64,000 nucleotides of DNA, taken from NCBI GenBank assembly GCA_965207885.1, contig OZ242311.1, positions 2,144,001-2,208,000 on the forward strand, given 5' to 3'. This document shows positions 29,729-38,480 of this stretch, piece after piece. The position numbers and the translations under genes were made by a program. The notes below the pieces were generated by a model. The model was not told where the DNA came from, did no database searches, and worked only from the letters and a program-made list of their open reading frames with translations. The stretch comes from Candidatus Latescibacterota bacterium. GTDB lineage: Bacteria; Latescibacterota; UBA2968. Position 1 is the stretch's first letter; every line of letters begins with the position of its first letter.

Positions 29729-30058
29729 ATGAACAATGAACGATCGCTTTTGCCACCAAAAATTTCATTTTTTGAAAAACGATTGACAATAATTCTTGCT
29801 CGAGATGACGCGATGGTATGCGCTTTCTGTCCCGAATTGGATTTGGTGACTGAAATGGCAACACCTGATGAAGCTCTGGAAGATATGCTGGAAGCCATGC
29901 AGGATTATGCTGAGGAATATTTGGAGGACTTAGAAATTTATGAAAACAGTCCTAATCGCGCCCATCATTTGCCTTATATCCAGGCGATTGCATCATGTAA
30001 CGATGCGTGGGATATTCGCATGCTAATTGAAATTCAACATGGCCGTGTACAGGTTTGA
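29729..30058 (+). CDS. HicB-like antitoxin, copy 2
   Basis: Seven aa differences from copy 1. Confidence 0.7.
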   Translation: MNNERSLLPPKISFFEKRLTIILARDDAMVCAFCPELDLVTEMATPDEALEDMLEAMQDYAEEYLEDLEIYENSPNRAHHLPYIQAIASCNDAWDIRMLIEIQHGRVQV

Positions 30059-30263
30059 CCAATTTCGCAAAGTGTTGCGCGTTTTGGGATTCGCAAAAAT
30101 TCGATCTCGGAAACACGAGACTTGGCGCAAAGTGCTCGTAAACGGAACGATCTTGCGCGTCCGCATTAGCCACAAACATGGACGAGATATTCCGCGGTGG
30201 CTATTTTATGAAATGCTGCGGCAGGCGGGAATTAATGAAAAGAAATTTCGAGAATTGATGTAG
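30039..30263 (+). CDS. HicA-like toxin, copy 2
   Basis: One aa difference (I/V) from copy 1. Confidence 0.75.
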   Translation: MAVYRFDQFRKVLRVLGFAKIRSRKHETWRKVLVNGTILRVRISHKHGRDIPRWLFYEMLRQAGINEKKFRELM

Positions 30264-30298
30264 AATGGCTCCTCTTAAACAATCCAAGCCCCAGAGAA

Positions 30299-30513
30299 CT
30301 GCACCACTATCTATAAACTGACGCTTCCATTTGGACAGACTCACCGGATGCACATCGTAAACACGAGCGATTTCTGCATCCTCTTTGTCCGAAGTCAGTG
30401 CTTCTAACACGACCTATAATTTGAGTTCAGCGAAATAGGATTTCTTGGTTTTCTTCGACATGGTATTTCCTCCTGTTAGGTGAGAAAATACCACGCTGAT
30501 ACCTAATGTCACA
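30299..30513 (-). mobile_element. IS3-family remnant: left end plus disrupted OrfA HTH
   Basis: Begins TGTGAC; RBS AGGAGG; ATG 30461 reads MSKKTKKSYFAELKL*VVLEAL..AEIARVYDVHP..LSKWKRQF (HTH_Tnp_1-like) with a premature TAG, then truncates. Confidence 0.75.
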
Positions 30514-30517
30514 GCCT

Positions 30518-30907
30518 TTATACCGGTTCAACATTGGGCTCTTCAAAATTTTGTCTCCTAAGCTCCGTATAACTAACAGGTTTTTGGATAGCCTCAGCGC
30601 ACTCTTTAGCTTCTTTACGAGAAGTAAATTTCTTAACTAAATAATTATGAATATGAAAAGGAGAAAATCTTAACCGACGATCAACTTCTACTTCTACTTC
30701 TACTATATGATCTTCTGGTGGATCTTTAAATCCATATATTGTAATTTTACATTTGTCGGCTAAAGCATCCCTATTAGGCCAATCATCGTCTATCGGTAAG
30801 GGATGAGAAAGCGCACAGTAACGAAGTCTCCGAACTTGTGCCTTTTTCTGATCAAATGTAAATCTACGTCTATTCCTACGAGAATAAGAACTTCTTCTTC
30901 TAGCCAT
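30518..30907 (-). CDS. Hypothetical AT-rich protein with Arg-rich N-terminus
   Basis: 129 aa; G-rich RBS upstream of ATG 30907; visibly lower GC than flanks. Confidence 0.6.
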   Translation of the reverse strand: MARRRSSYSRRNRRRFTFDQKKAQVRRLRYCALSHPLPIDDDWPNRDALADKCKITIYGFKDPPEDHIVEVEVEVDRRLRFSPFHIHNYLVKKFTSRKEAKECAEAIQKPVSYTELRRQNFEEPNVEPV

Positions 30908-31034
30908 GAGAGAACCCCCCTTTTCAAATCTTATGTCGTCAATCAATCTGCACATTTTCACGGTTGAATTTGCTGTCTCCCATTTACATTGGAGCCTCTA
31001 ATATTTCAACTAAAATCAGCACAATACCCTCGTT

Positions 31035-31305
31035 CGGAATAGAGGGTGAAGTTTTGCGAGGATGGCGTCGAGTTCGCGGTGGTCGGTCGTCTTCATCCAT
31101 TTTTGTGCTGCCAGGCGCGTGCATGCCGCTTGTTTTGAAGATGCCTCGGCGAATGAGTACTTCTTTAACCAGGCGGAGACCGAGGATCTGGATCAGGTTG
31201 GTGAGTGGAAGAAGTTGATCGAAAAGGTCGCGTGCTTTGTCTTCATCACCTGCTTGAAAGGCATTCCAGATATCGACGTGAATATCGACAACCGGAGCGC
31301 CGGGC
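31035..31305 (-). pseudogene. Duplicated 3' fragment of the DHDPS-family gene at 33776-34675
   Basis: Aligns to 33792-34058 with about 21 substitutions and a 4-nt insertion. Confidence 0.93.
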
Positions 31306-31344
31306 GGTGGGGGCAAGTTGGCTTCGCCAGCAGACTAAATGAAA
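31297..31344 (+). repeat. Copy of the cinA 3' end
   Basis: GCGCCGGGCGGTG-GGGCAAGTTGGCTTCGCCAGCAGA.TAAA.GAAA matches 21396-21444. Confidence 0.9.
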
Positions 31345-32225
31345 GAACCTCGTTTAAGAGCTGCCTGTGGGTCATACCACACAGCATTCACAAAATTCTG
31401 TATTTCTTGCACGAATTTCCAAACTGTTTCGGCGTCTATCGGGAATTGTTCATGTTGGTGTTTTACTTCGTCATAATTTCCTCTTTTCCCATACGGAAGT
31501 CTCTTTGTTTTTCGCAGCAAAAAAACGTTATCAATCTCGGTCAGTCTGCAATCTTCAGGCTCCATATCTAAATATTCCACCAAAGCGTAATATTTCGCAA
31601 TAGGACACCCTTGTTTCAATCGGGCGGCTGTACCTGCACACTCTTGAAACATGGTTTTATCATAATTCACTTTGATCTCGGCCGAAAGCACAGCCAGATA
31701 AAAGCTACCAGAAGTCGTGCGTTCTGACTCAAAACCTGTACTTGGCGAAAATCTATAATGAATCGTTTTGCCAAACGCGAAGTCTTGATCTTTATGCTTT
31801 ATAACCACTTGGGGCTTTCCCTCCAAATCATTTACATTTGGAGGAGCAAAAGATAAAGACATAAATGCTGTATGCGGCCCAACTTCCAAGTCATACACAG
31901 GCAATCCGTGTAGGATCGAAGGATCTATGACATGGATGAAAAATTCTTCCAGTACTGAATTGTCGAGTTTTAATTGTCCTTTTTGTCTTTTTATAAATTC
32001 AGACCCGTGCTTGGCAACCAATTCTACTTCAAGATAATTTTTGTATTCGTTTAAAAGGCCAACCATTTCCTCAATTTTCTGTTTACCGTTCGAATTTAGG
32101 GCTCTCATACTTGAAATCCAATACTCGTAGGCACTATAAGCTTCTTCCAGTATTGATTTATCATCAATACATTTTGGATTTCTCAATGCCGCCAACAATT
32201 TTTCTCTATGGGGTGTTTTTGCCAT
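31335..32225 (-). CDS. Type II restriction endonuclease, Bpu10I/BbvCI/Bsu36I-like family
   Basis: RQKGQLKLDNS.LEEF, DQDF, AEIK..YDKTMFQE...TA..LK...P.AKY...EYLDM; overlaps the MTase. Confidence 0.8.
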   Translation of the reverse strand: MAKTPHREKLLAALRNPKCIDDKSILEEAYSAYEYWISSMRALNSNGKQKIEEMVGLLNEYKNYLEVELVAKHGSEFIKRQKGQLKLDNSVLEEFFIHVIDPSILHGLPVYDLEVGPHTAFMSLSFAPPNVNDLEGKPQVVIKHKDQDFAFGKTIHYRFSPSTGFESERTTSGSFYLAVLSAEIKVNYDKTMFQECAGTAARLKQGCPIAKYYALVEYLDMEPEDCRLTEIDNVFLLRKTKRLPYGKRGNYDEVKHQHEQFPIDAETVWKFVQEIQNFVNAVWYDPQAALKRGSFI

Positions 32226-33435
32226 TCTGAAACACTTCCTGTAAAAAAAATAAGGGAGATGGATGAACACTGTAAATGTCAGAAAGGACATCTTGAATTT
32301 CGGGTTTTATACCGTCTTCAGCCTGTGAAATAGACGCTTTCAGGTGCTTGCGTGCTATCTTTCGCGCTTCAATTTCCTCAGGTGGGCTTTGATCCTTTTT
32401 TGCTACAATAATGTCCTCTTTAATTTTAGCACCAAATCTGTTGATGAAATGTCTTTCGTAAGTCGCAATATCACAGAAGCCACCGGCTTTCAACAAGAGG
32501 TCCTTTATGATTAAACCGTTGTAGAATGGCACACGCCGTACGCGGGATTCGCGTCCCACGACTAATACGATTATTCCATTTCTTTCTAATGTGTGCCAAA
32601 AATTATGAAGACTTCGATTCATCTCCAGGCAATATTGTACGACAGTTCTAAACCGGTTGCTTCGATTCTTCCTGTTGGAACCAATTTCACTGTGTGCAAC
32701 TTTTAGGAGATTCCAACCGAGAATTTCCATTACAGCCCTGTGATTCTGGTGATAGTTAAATACGTTGATATAAGGCGGGCTGGTTAAAATCAAATTGGCT
32801 TTGGTTGGAGAATTTTCGGATAAGCATCTTGCATCTCCTAAAAATGCCCGTATCGGTGCATCTGTAAATGGCAGGCTCAGTGTCGCCTGCTTAATAGAGT
32901 TAAAAGACGACACGATGGCCGAATTTAAGTCTTTGTGTTTTCTATTTTCAGCAGAAAAAATGACGTTTAAGGCAATCACCATTTCATCCTTATCTGAGAT
33001 CGAAGCGAGCAACTCTTTTGAAAAGTCAATTAAATTCTCGTAGCGGCTTCTGTATTCACGACAATTTTTGAAAAGTGGCAGCCCTCCAAAATTGTGAAGC
33101 AGATCGTGAATTTTCTCCTGTAAATCACTGACGATCACTTCGCGGTCTTTCATACATTTATTTGACAGAGAGAAAAACTTTGACATCGCATAAGCCGCTG
33201 GATTGATTTCATAGCCATACCCACTCAGGCCCTTGCATGCACAGGCCTGAAGCACCGTTCCACTGCCCGAAAATGGATCAATGACAGTGAATCCCTTTCC
33301 TGAGAATCTATCTATAATATAATCAACGAATTGAGGCGTAAATTGTCCGCGCCAGGCAAATAAATTCGTCCGTTGTTTTTCTTTTACATTCAGTTTATCT
33401 TGTTCTAAGATAATTTTGCTTTTTGTACTATTCAT
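32206..33435 (-). CDS. Amino-DNA methyltransferase (probably m4C)
   Basis: Motif I DPFSGSGT precedes motif IV TSPPY; WRGQF N-terminal motif; low GC. Confidence 0.88.
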   Translation of the reverse strand: MNSTKSKIILEQDKLNVKEKQRTNLFAWRGQFTPQFVDYIIDRFSGKGFTVIDPFSGSGTVLQACACKGLSGYGYEINPAAYAMSKFFSLSNKCMKDREVIVSDLQEKIHDLLHNFGGLPLFKNCREYRSRYENLIDFSKELLASISDKDEMVIALNVIFSAENRKHKDLNSAIVSSFNSIKQATLSLPFTDAPIRAFLGDARCLSENSPTKANLILTSPPYINVFNYHQNHRAVMEILGWNLLKVAHSEIGSNRKNRSNRFRTVVQYCLEMNRSLHNFWHTLERNGIIVLVVGRESRVRRVPFYNGLIIKDLLLKAGGFCDIATYERHFINRFGAKIKEDIIVAKKDQSPPEEIEARKIARKHLKASISQAEDGIKPEIQDVLSDIYSVHPSPLFFLQEVFQNGKNTP

Positions 33436-33519
33436 CTTCTTCTCCTATGCTTTGCGTCGTATGTGGAAATCACCAATAAATATAGTATCCATTTGTTTAC
33501 TGATCAAGGGAGAATTTAT

Positions 33520-33705
33520 TCCTATTTTAAGGCGGCACGCAATACGTTTAACAAAGCCCGACGTGTGAATTTGCGCTTGACCGAATACGATTTTGAACAG
33601 GCACATGTCAGGGCACTTGAAGAAGGTCTGCCCTACCAGACCCTGCTATCGAGCATTATTCATAAATACTTAACGGGAAGATTGGTAGAGCGAACTGATA
33701 GATGA
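33520..33705 (+). pseudogene. 5'-truncated CopG/BrnA-like (RHH) antitoxin remnant
   Basis: K.RRVNLRL...D...A.EEGLPYQTLLSSIIHKY..G.L.E; no credible start and no partner toxin. Confidence 0.65.
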
Positions 33706-33736
33706 TCAATGGCGTTTTAATACCGCTTCTCAGGCG

Positions 33737-33771
33737 AATCCCCCGATAGTTCAAAGCTATCGGGGATTTTT
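33737..33771. terminator. Intrinsic terminator between convergent genes
   Basis: CCCCGATAGT-tcaaa-GCTATCGGGG-ATTTTT. Confidence 0.8.
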
Positions 33772-33775
33772 CTAT

Positions 33776-34675
33776 CTACAACGCATCTGTGCGGAATAGA
33801 GGGCGAAGTTTTGTGAGGATGGCGTCGAGTTCGCGGTGGTCATCTTCATCCATTTTTGTGCTGCCGGGCGCACGCATGCCGCTCGTTTTGAAGATGCCCC
33901 GGCGAATGAGTACTTCTTTGACCAGGCGGAGACCGAGGATTTGGATCAGGTTGGTGAGTGGAAGGAGTTGATCGAAGAGATCGCGTGCCCTGTCTTCGTC
34001 GCCTGATTGAAAGGCATCCCAGATATCAACGTGAATATCGACAACCGGGGCGCCGGGCATAAAGCCACTGGCGCCTCGTCGCATTTCTGAGATCATCCAG
34101 CGGCACCATGCCCCGCCAAAAACGCCCTGACAGTGATCACCTGCTTCGGCGACAATGGCACTGATGTGATGTGCGCTGGGATTGGCTTCTTCTTTGACGT
34201 AGATGAGATGCTCGACTTCGGTGAGCAGGCGAACGAGTGCGGGAGGTTGCAGGCCAGTACCTGCGTTCTGGATGAAAATGGGCAATTGTCCCGCGTTGGA
34301 AATGGCCTCGAAGTAGCGGAGATTTTCGTCGGGTCCTCCGCTGCCCATATAGGGTGGCATGGCGATGACAGCGTCGGCTCCTGCACGCCCGGCGTGGGCG
34401 GCGTGTTCGGTGGCTGTGGAGATATTGGTGCCGGCCACACCGGTGATGACGGGGATGCGTTTGTCGGTTTTTTTGACGACGATTTCGACCAGGGTTTGCC
34501 GCTCTCGATCGGAGAGATATTGAAATTCACCTCCGAGCACGGGAAAGACCATGCCACCTGCACCGGCGGCGATGCAGAAGTCGATTTGCCGTTCAAGGCT
34601 TTCGATGTCGAAGTCGCCGGATTCGGCAACGGGTGTTTGTAATACGGGCAAGATACCGCGGATGGGATCGCTCAC
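33776..34675 (-). CDS. DHDPS/DapA-family protein
   Basis: GILPVLQTP, PVLGGE, AMPPY, YVKEE. Confidence 0.88.
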   Translation of the reverse strand: MSDPIRGILPVLQTPVAESGDFDIESLERQIDFCIAAGAGGMVFPVLGGEFQYLSDRERQTLVEIVVKKTDKRIPVITGVAGTNISTATEHAAHAGRAGADAVIAMPPYMGSGGPDENLRYFEAISNAGQLPIFIQNAGTGLQPPALVRLLTEVEHLIYVKEEANPSAHHISAIVAEAGDHCQGVFGGAWCRWMISEMRRGASGFMPGAPVVDIHVDIWDAFQSGDEDRARDLFDQLLPLTNLIQILGLRLVKEVLIRRGIFKTSGMRAPGSTKMDEDDHRELDAILTKLRPLFRTDAL

Positions 34676-34705
34676 GGAGGTCTCCTGTGTTAGAATTGCT
34701 GGCTG

Positions 34706-37375
34706 CTAATAATCGTACGATAGTGAAATATTCCAGCGGCGCAATAGGCCGAGGAATACGCGGGCACTTGCTGCGTCGTGATTATTGCCGTCGTCTGCAT
34801 CGGATATATAGCGTTCGTCGAGCAAATTGAAGACGTGTAATTGCAGTTTCACTTTGCCATTGCCAAATGTATTGCCGGGCAAGGTGTAGCCCGCATGCAG
34901 GTTTATCAGGTTGTAATTCGGGAGTTGCCAGGACTGTTTTCGGTCGCTGGCATCTGTTCGGTTGGCGGGGTCAAATTTGGCATAGTGATCCATAAATCGC
35001 CGCAGATTCAGCGAGGCGTAGAGGCCGCGTGTGGGAAATATTGTGCCGCTCAGTGCAAGGGTTTTTTGCGCCGAGTCGCCCACTTTTAGTCCTTTGGCAT
35101 AGACTTGAAAGTTGCCGATGGCCGATGGGTCTTCTTCAGGGGAAAATGTGACATTGGCATCGTTGAGCCATTCCCAATTGCCCAGCGATAACATGCCGCG
35201 CACTTCCAGCATGGAATGGGGACGCGCTTTCAGGTCGAACTCTATACCCGTATGCCGCGCGTCAATGCCGTTTAGCAAAAACCGGAAGCGCTGGTCGAGT
35301 TTTTCGCTGTAAATGCTCTTGGGCCACGAACGGTCTATCCATCTGGTGTAATAGAAATTTGTGTTTGCTGTCACTACGCCGCGTTTGAAATACCCGGTGC
35401 CCAACTCAAAGGAGGCGACTTTTTCATTGAAGGTGGGGTCGTAAAGGCTGTTGTCGTAGTGATAAACGGAGTCGAATTTGGGGGCTGTTGAAAGCCAGCC
35501 GATGTTGGCATACATATTGACTACGGGGGTTGCATTGTAGTTGCCGCCCACTTTTACGGTGTAGCCTTTGAAGTTTTCCCAGTCTGTCTGGTCCCAGTCG
35601 CCGTTGACCTTTGCGCGGAAATAGTCAATGCGTTTATAACCTGTTATGGACGCAGATGTGCTCAAAAATGCCGTAAAGTCGTTGAACCGACCTTCGAGTT
35701 GTGCAAAACCACCCCCCCAGCGCGTGAGACCATCGTTGTGGTAGGAGACTTTGTCGCCGAGTCGCTTGACGGAGGTCGTGGCATTGTTATCCCAGGGGAA
35801 GACGTAATAATCGGCACCGAGCAGATTGCGTACTTCGCGCCAGTGCTGCCCTCTGTAATAGCGCAAATCTATACCAAAAGCCAGCGTATAAATATCGCTC
35901 AAACGGTGTTCAGCTGTGCCCAAATATCCATACCAGAAGTGCTGGTTGACCGAGTTTCGGATGACGGTTCTCGCCGCAATTTCATTGGCACCTACTTCGC
36001 CTGCACCTACCAGGTCGAGATGGGCTTCCGATGCTGTTTGGGTGTTCAATTCATCGGCAACGCGTTGCCAGTTGATGCTGCCGTCGGATAGCGAGCGCGG
36101 GTTGGTGCCCAAACGCCCTGTGCCGCCGCCTTTGCCGCGCGAAAAATAAAATACGTTGGACAGGATGAACTGCTCGTTGGGTGTCCAGTACCAGTTCAAA
36201 TTGATCTGGGGTTTGTGGTAAAAATTCTCGCGTTCCATGATGATTTCGCTATCGCGCGCATCGTGTACCTGGCCGTTGTAGTACTCCTGATAGGATGAGA
36301 ATGGCGAGCGTCCCCAGTTGGGGTTGTAGTCGATGCCGTAGTTTCTCGCATCCGAAACATCAATGCCCAGAGATCGGGCGTAATCGGCATCAAAGGTTGC
36401 GATGGATTGCTTGTAGAGGCGGTGTCCGTGGCGTTGTGGCGCGCCTACGACAAACAGGTCAATTTTGTGTGTCTCAGACGCGAAAAAGCTCAGTGCGCCA
36501 AAATAGGACCACGCCGATGTCCAGGCCTGATCGGGCAGGCCATCGCCGATTTTGCGCGTGAGGCCCAGGGTGAAAGCGGTTTTGCCGTTCATCAAACCCG
36601 ATGAAAAATTGACTGTGGTTTTGTAAAAGGCGTTGTTTCCCGCTTCCTGTTTGATTTTGAACCCGCGCTGTTGGCGGGCGATGTCGGTGACAATGTTCAT
36701 GGTGCCGCCCACTGAGGCTATTGCCAAATTTGAGGCGCCCAATCCGCGCTGTACCTGGATTGACGATGTGACATCGCTCAGGCCATCCCAGTTGGACCAA
36801 TAGACCCAGCCGTTTTCCATATCGTTGACTGGCACGCCATTGATCATGACGGCGACGTTGCGCTGGTCGAATCCCCTCACATTGATGCGAGAATCGCCAG
36901 GGCCTCCACCTTGCTCGGTTGCATAAACGCCCGGCGTATCATTCAAAATCATCGGGAGATCGCGCGAGCCGAGTTTGCGCTCCATATCGGCTTTTGGAAC
37001 GTCTGAGAAGGCAACGGGTGTTTCGCGCAATTTGGCGCGGTCGGCAACGACGGTGACTTCTTTGCCTCGAAATGCTTCGGGCATGAGTTCTATAAATAAC
37101 TCGGCAGCATCCGCTTTTACAACGATGGCGTTGCGATATTCTTTGTATCCTACAAAACTTATGACGAGTGTATAGTTGCCTTCGCCGATTCGGGTAATCT
37201 CAAATTGTCCATCGAGATCGGTAGCAGTTCCTCGCCCAGCACCTTCTAAATACACGTTTGCGCCCGGCAGGGCTTCACCGGTTTCGGCATCGCGCACTTT
37301 GCCTTTTAATTCGGCGGCAGACAGGATTGAGAGGGATAAAAAGAATAGAGCAAGAAACATAATCAGTTGCTTCAT
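34706..37375 (-). CDS. TonB-dependent receptor with N-terminal carboxypeptidase-regulatory-like domain
   Basis: Signal peptide; GKVRD.ETGEALPGANV; plug TPGVY..GDSRINVRGF..INGVP.ND; terminal NLLD..Y and SLSYDY. Start ATG 37375 with RBS GAGGAG. Confidence 0.92.
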   Translation of the reverse strand: MKQLIMFLALFFLSLSILSAAELKGKVRDAETGEALPGANVYLEGAGRGTATDLDGQFEITRIGEGNYTLVISFVGYKEYRNAIVVKADAAELFIELMPEAFRGKEVTVVADRAKLRETPVAFSDVPKADMERKLGSRDLPMILNDTPGVYATEQGGGPGDSRINVRGFDQRNVAVMINGVPVNDMENGWVYWSNWDGLSDVTSSIQVQRGLGASNLAIASVGGTMNIVTDIARQQRGFKIKQEAGNNAFYKTTVNFSSGLMNGKTAFTLGLTRKIGDGLPDQAWTSAWSYFGALSFFASETHKIDLFVVGAPQRHGHRLYKQSIATFDADYARSLGIDVSDARNYGIDYNPNWGRSPFSSYQEYYNGQVHDARDSEIIMERENFYHKPQINLNWYWTPNEQFILSNVFYFSRGKGGGTGRLGTNPRSLSDGSINWQRVADELNTQTASEAHLDLVGAGEVGANEIAARTVIRNSVNQHFWYGYLGTAEHRLSDIYTLAFGIDLRYYRGQHWREVRNLLGADYYVFPWDNNATTSVKRLGDKVSYHNDGLTRWGGGFAQLEGRFNDFTAFLSTSASITGYKRIDYFRAKVNGDWDQTDWENFKGYTVKVGGNYNATPVVNMYANIGWLSTAPKFDSVYHYDNSLYDPTFNEKVASFELGTGYFKRGVVTANTNFYYTRWIDRSWPKSIYSEKLDQRFRFLLNGIDARHTGIEFDLKARPHSMLEVRGMLSLGNWEWLNDANVTFSPEEDPSAIGNFQVYAKGLKVGDSAQKTLALSGTIFPTRGLYASLNLRRFMDHYAKFDPANRTDASDRKQSWQLPNYNLINLHAGYTLPGNTFGNGKVKLQLHVFNLLDERYISDADDGNNHDAASARVFLGLLRRWNISLSYDY

Positions 37376-37513
37376 ATTGTATCTCCTCAGTAAAAAATGG
37401 GTCAACATACGCTATGCGTGGCGTATTGGACGATGTTATTACGATAAATCTAAATATATACAATGTTCGGTTGACAACAAGTGTGATCGGGTAAAACAAC
37501 TCTGCAATGAGAT

Positions 37514-37540
37514 ACGGCCTGCATTGGCAATGCAGGCCGT
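37514..37540. terminator. Perfect inverted repeat (terminator-like)
   Basis: ACGGCCTGCATTG-g-CAATGCAGGCCGT just past the creatininase-family stop. Confidence 0.65.
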
Positions 37541-37546
37541 TTTATT

Positions 37547-38446
37547 TTACCATTCGCGGTCTGGTACTTTCCAGTTGGCGTACCAGACAGAGTCTTCCGG
37601 GAGCGTGGCGTCGTCCGACCACGCTGTTTGCATCGTGCGGAAGTTGGGGAGTTCAGGGCGGATAACGGTTTCCCAGATGTGTTCGACCTGGTCGAAGGTG
37701 CGAAGTTTTTGTATGGGTTTTTCCGATTCATACGCGGCGAGTAATTCTCTAACTTTGTTGCCGAGCCACTCGATTTCGTCATTGACCATGCGCTCGCCAA
37801 TTTGGCGATTGGATTCGCGGACATTTTGGCCCATGGCAAAGTGTGGACCGGGTTCACTTTTGGGCGGCAAACGCGAGATATCGACACAGTCGGGTTCCAT
37901 GGCCCAAAGAAGCGAGGTTTCGACTTTTCCCGCGTGGTCGCCACCGCTGTTGTTGTCATTGTCAAAGCCGGGTTGGTTGGCTTCAAAGTCGGGTAGGCTA
38001 TACAGGCGCGTGCCCACATGGGGCTGGATGAGTTCACACAGGGTTTTCAGGTCTTGCCAGTTGGGGCCGTAGTGCCCAGTGAGGAAGATGGCCGCTTGAA
38101 AGCCGAGGGTGTCGGCCTGGCGGATGTGATAGCAGATGTTTTTGAAGTGTTGCCAGGGCGGCATACAGGTTAGCCAGGATCGATCGGATTTGCCAACCGA
38201 GCGTTCTGACCAGAGGGCATAGCCTCCAATTTCGTGGATATGCCAGTAGTCGGGCGGGGCGACAATGCCGCCGTGTTTGTGCGCGGTGCGAACGGCAATG
38301 CCGTGGGCTTTGAGAGCGTCGAGTCCCACAGCATTTTGTGGGCCGTGTGGTTCGCACAGGCCATAGGAAAAATAGACGACTGGACAGGCTTTGAATGCGG
38401 CTTCGAGTTCATCGGGGAACATGCGCTCCCAGCGTACGTCTCTCAC
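37547..38446 (-). CDS. Creatininase / creatinine amidohydrolase family protein
   Basis: G.CEPHG....G.D, TGHYG.N, DHAG..ETS. Confidence 0.85.
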   Translation of the reverse strand: MRDVRWERMFPDELEAAFKACPVVYFSYGLCEPHGPQNAVGLDALKAHGIAVRTAHKHGGIVAPPDYWHIHEIGGYALWSERSVGKSDRSWLTCMPPWQHFKNICYHIRQADTLGFQAAIFLTGHYGPNWQDLKTLCELIQPHVGTRLYSLPDFEANQPGFDNDNNSGGDHAGKVETSLLWAMEPDCVDISRLPPKSEPGPHFAMGQNVRESNRQIGERMVNDEIEWLGNKVRELLAAYESEKPIQKLRTFDQVEHIWETVIRPELPNFRTMQTAWSDDATLPEDSVWYANWKVPDREW

Positions 38447-38480
38447 GGCGGAGTACTCCTTTTGAAAAATTGGAATGAAG

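Larger units (their letters stand above)
29716..30298 (+). repeat. Direct repeat copy 2 (hicBA module)
   Basis: Aligns with 23494-24076. Confidence 0.95.

Noticed and set aside
30414-30416. In-frame TAG in IS3 OrfA as pyrrolysine or readthrough
   Set aside because: The element is also truncated; simple decay explains it.
30984-31316. 110-aa ORF as a real gene
   Set aside because: It is the frameshifted DHDPS duplicate read from a start in the reversed cinA copy.
37176-38072. Long antisense or alternate-frame ORFs (also 20449-21357, 25203-26216, 52606-53469, 57683-58552)
   Set aside because: Shadows of well-supported genes on the opposite strand, with no motifs of their own.
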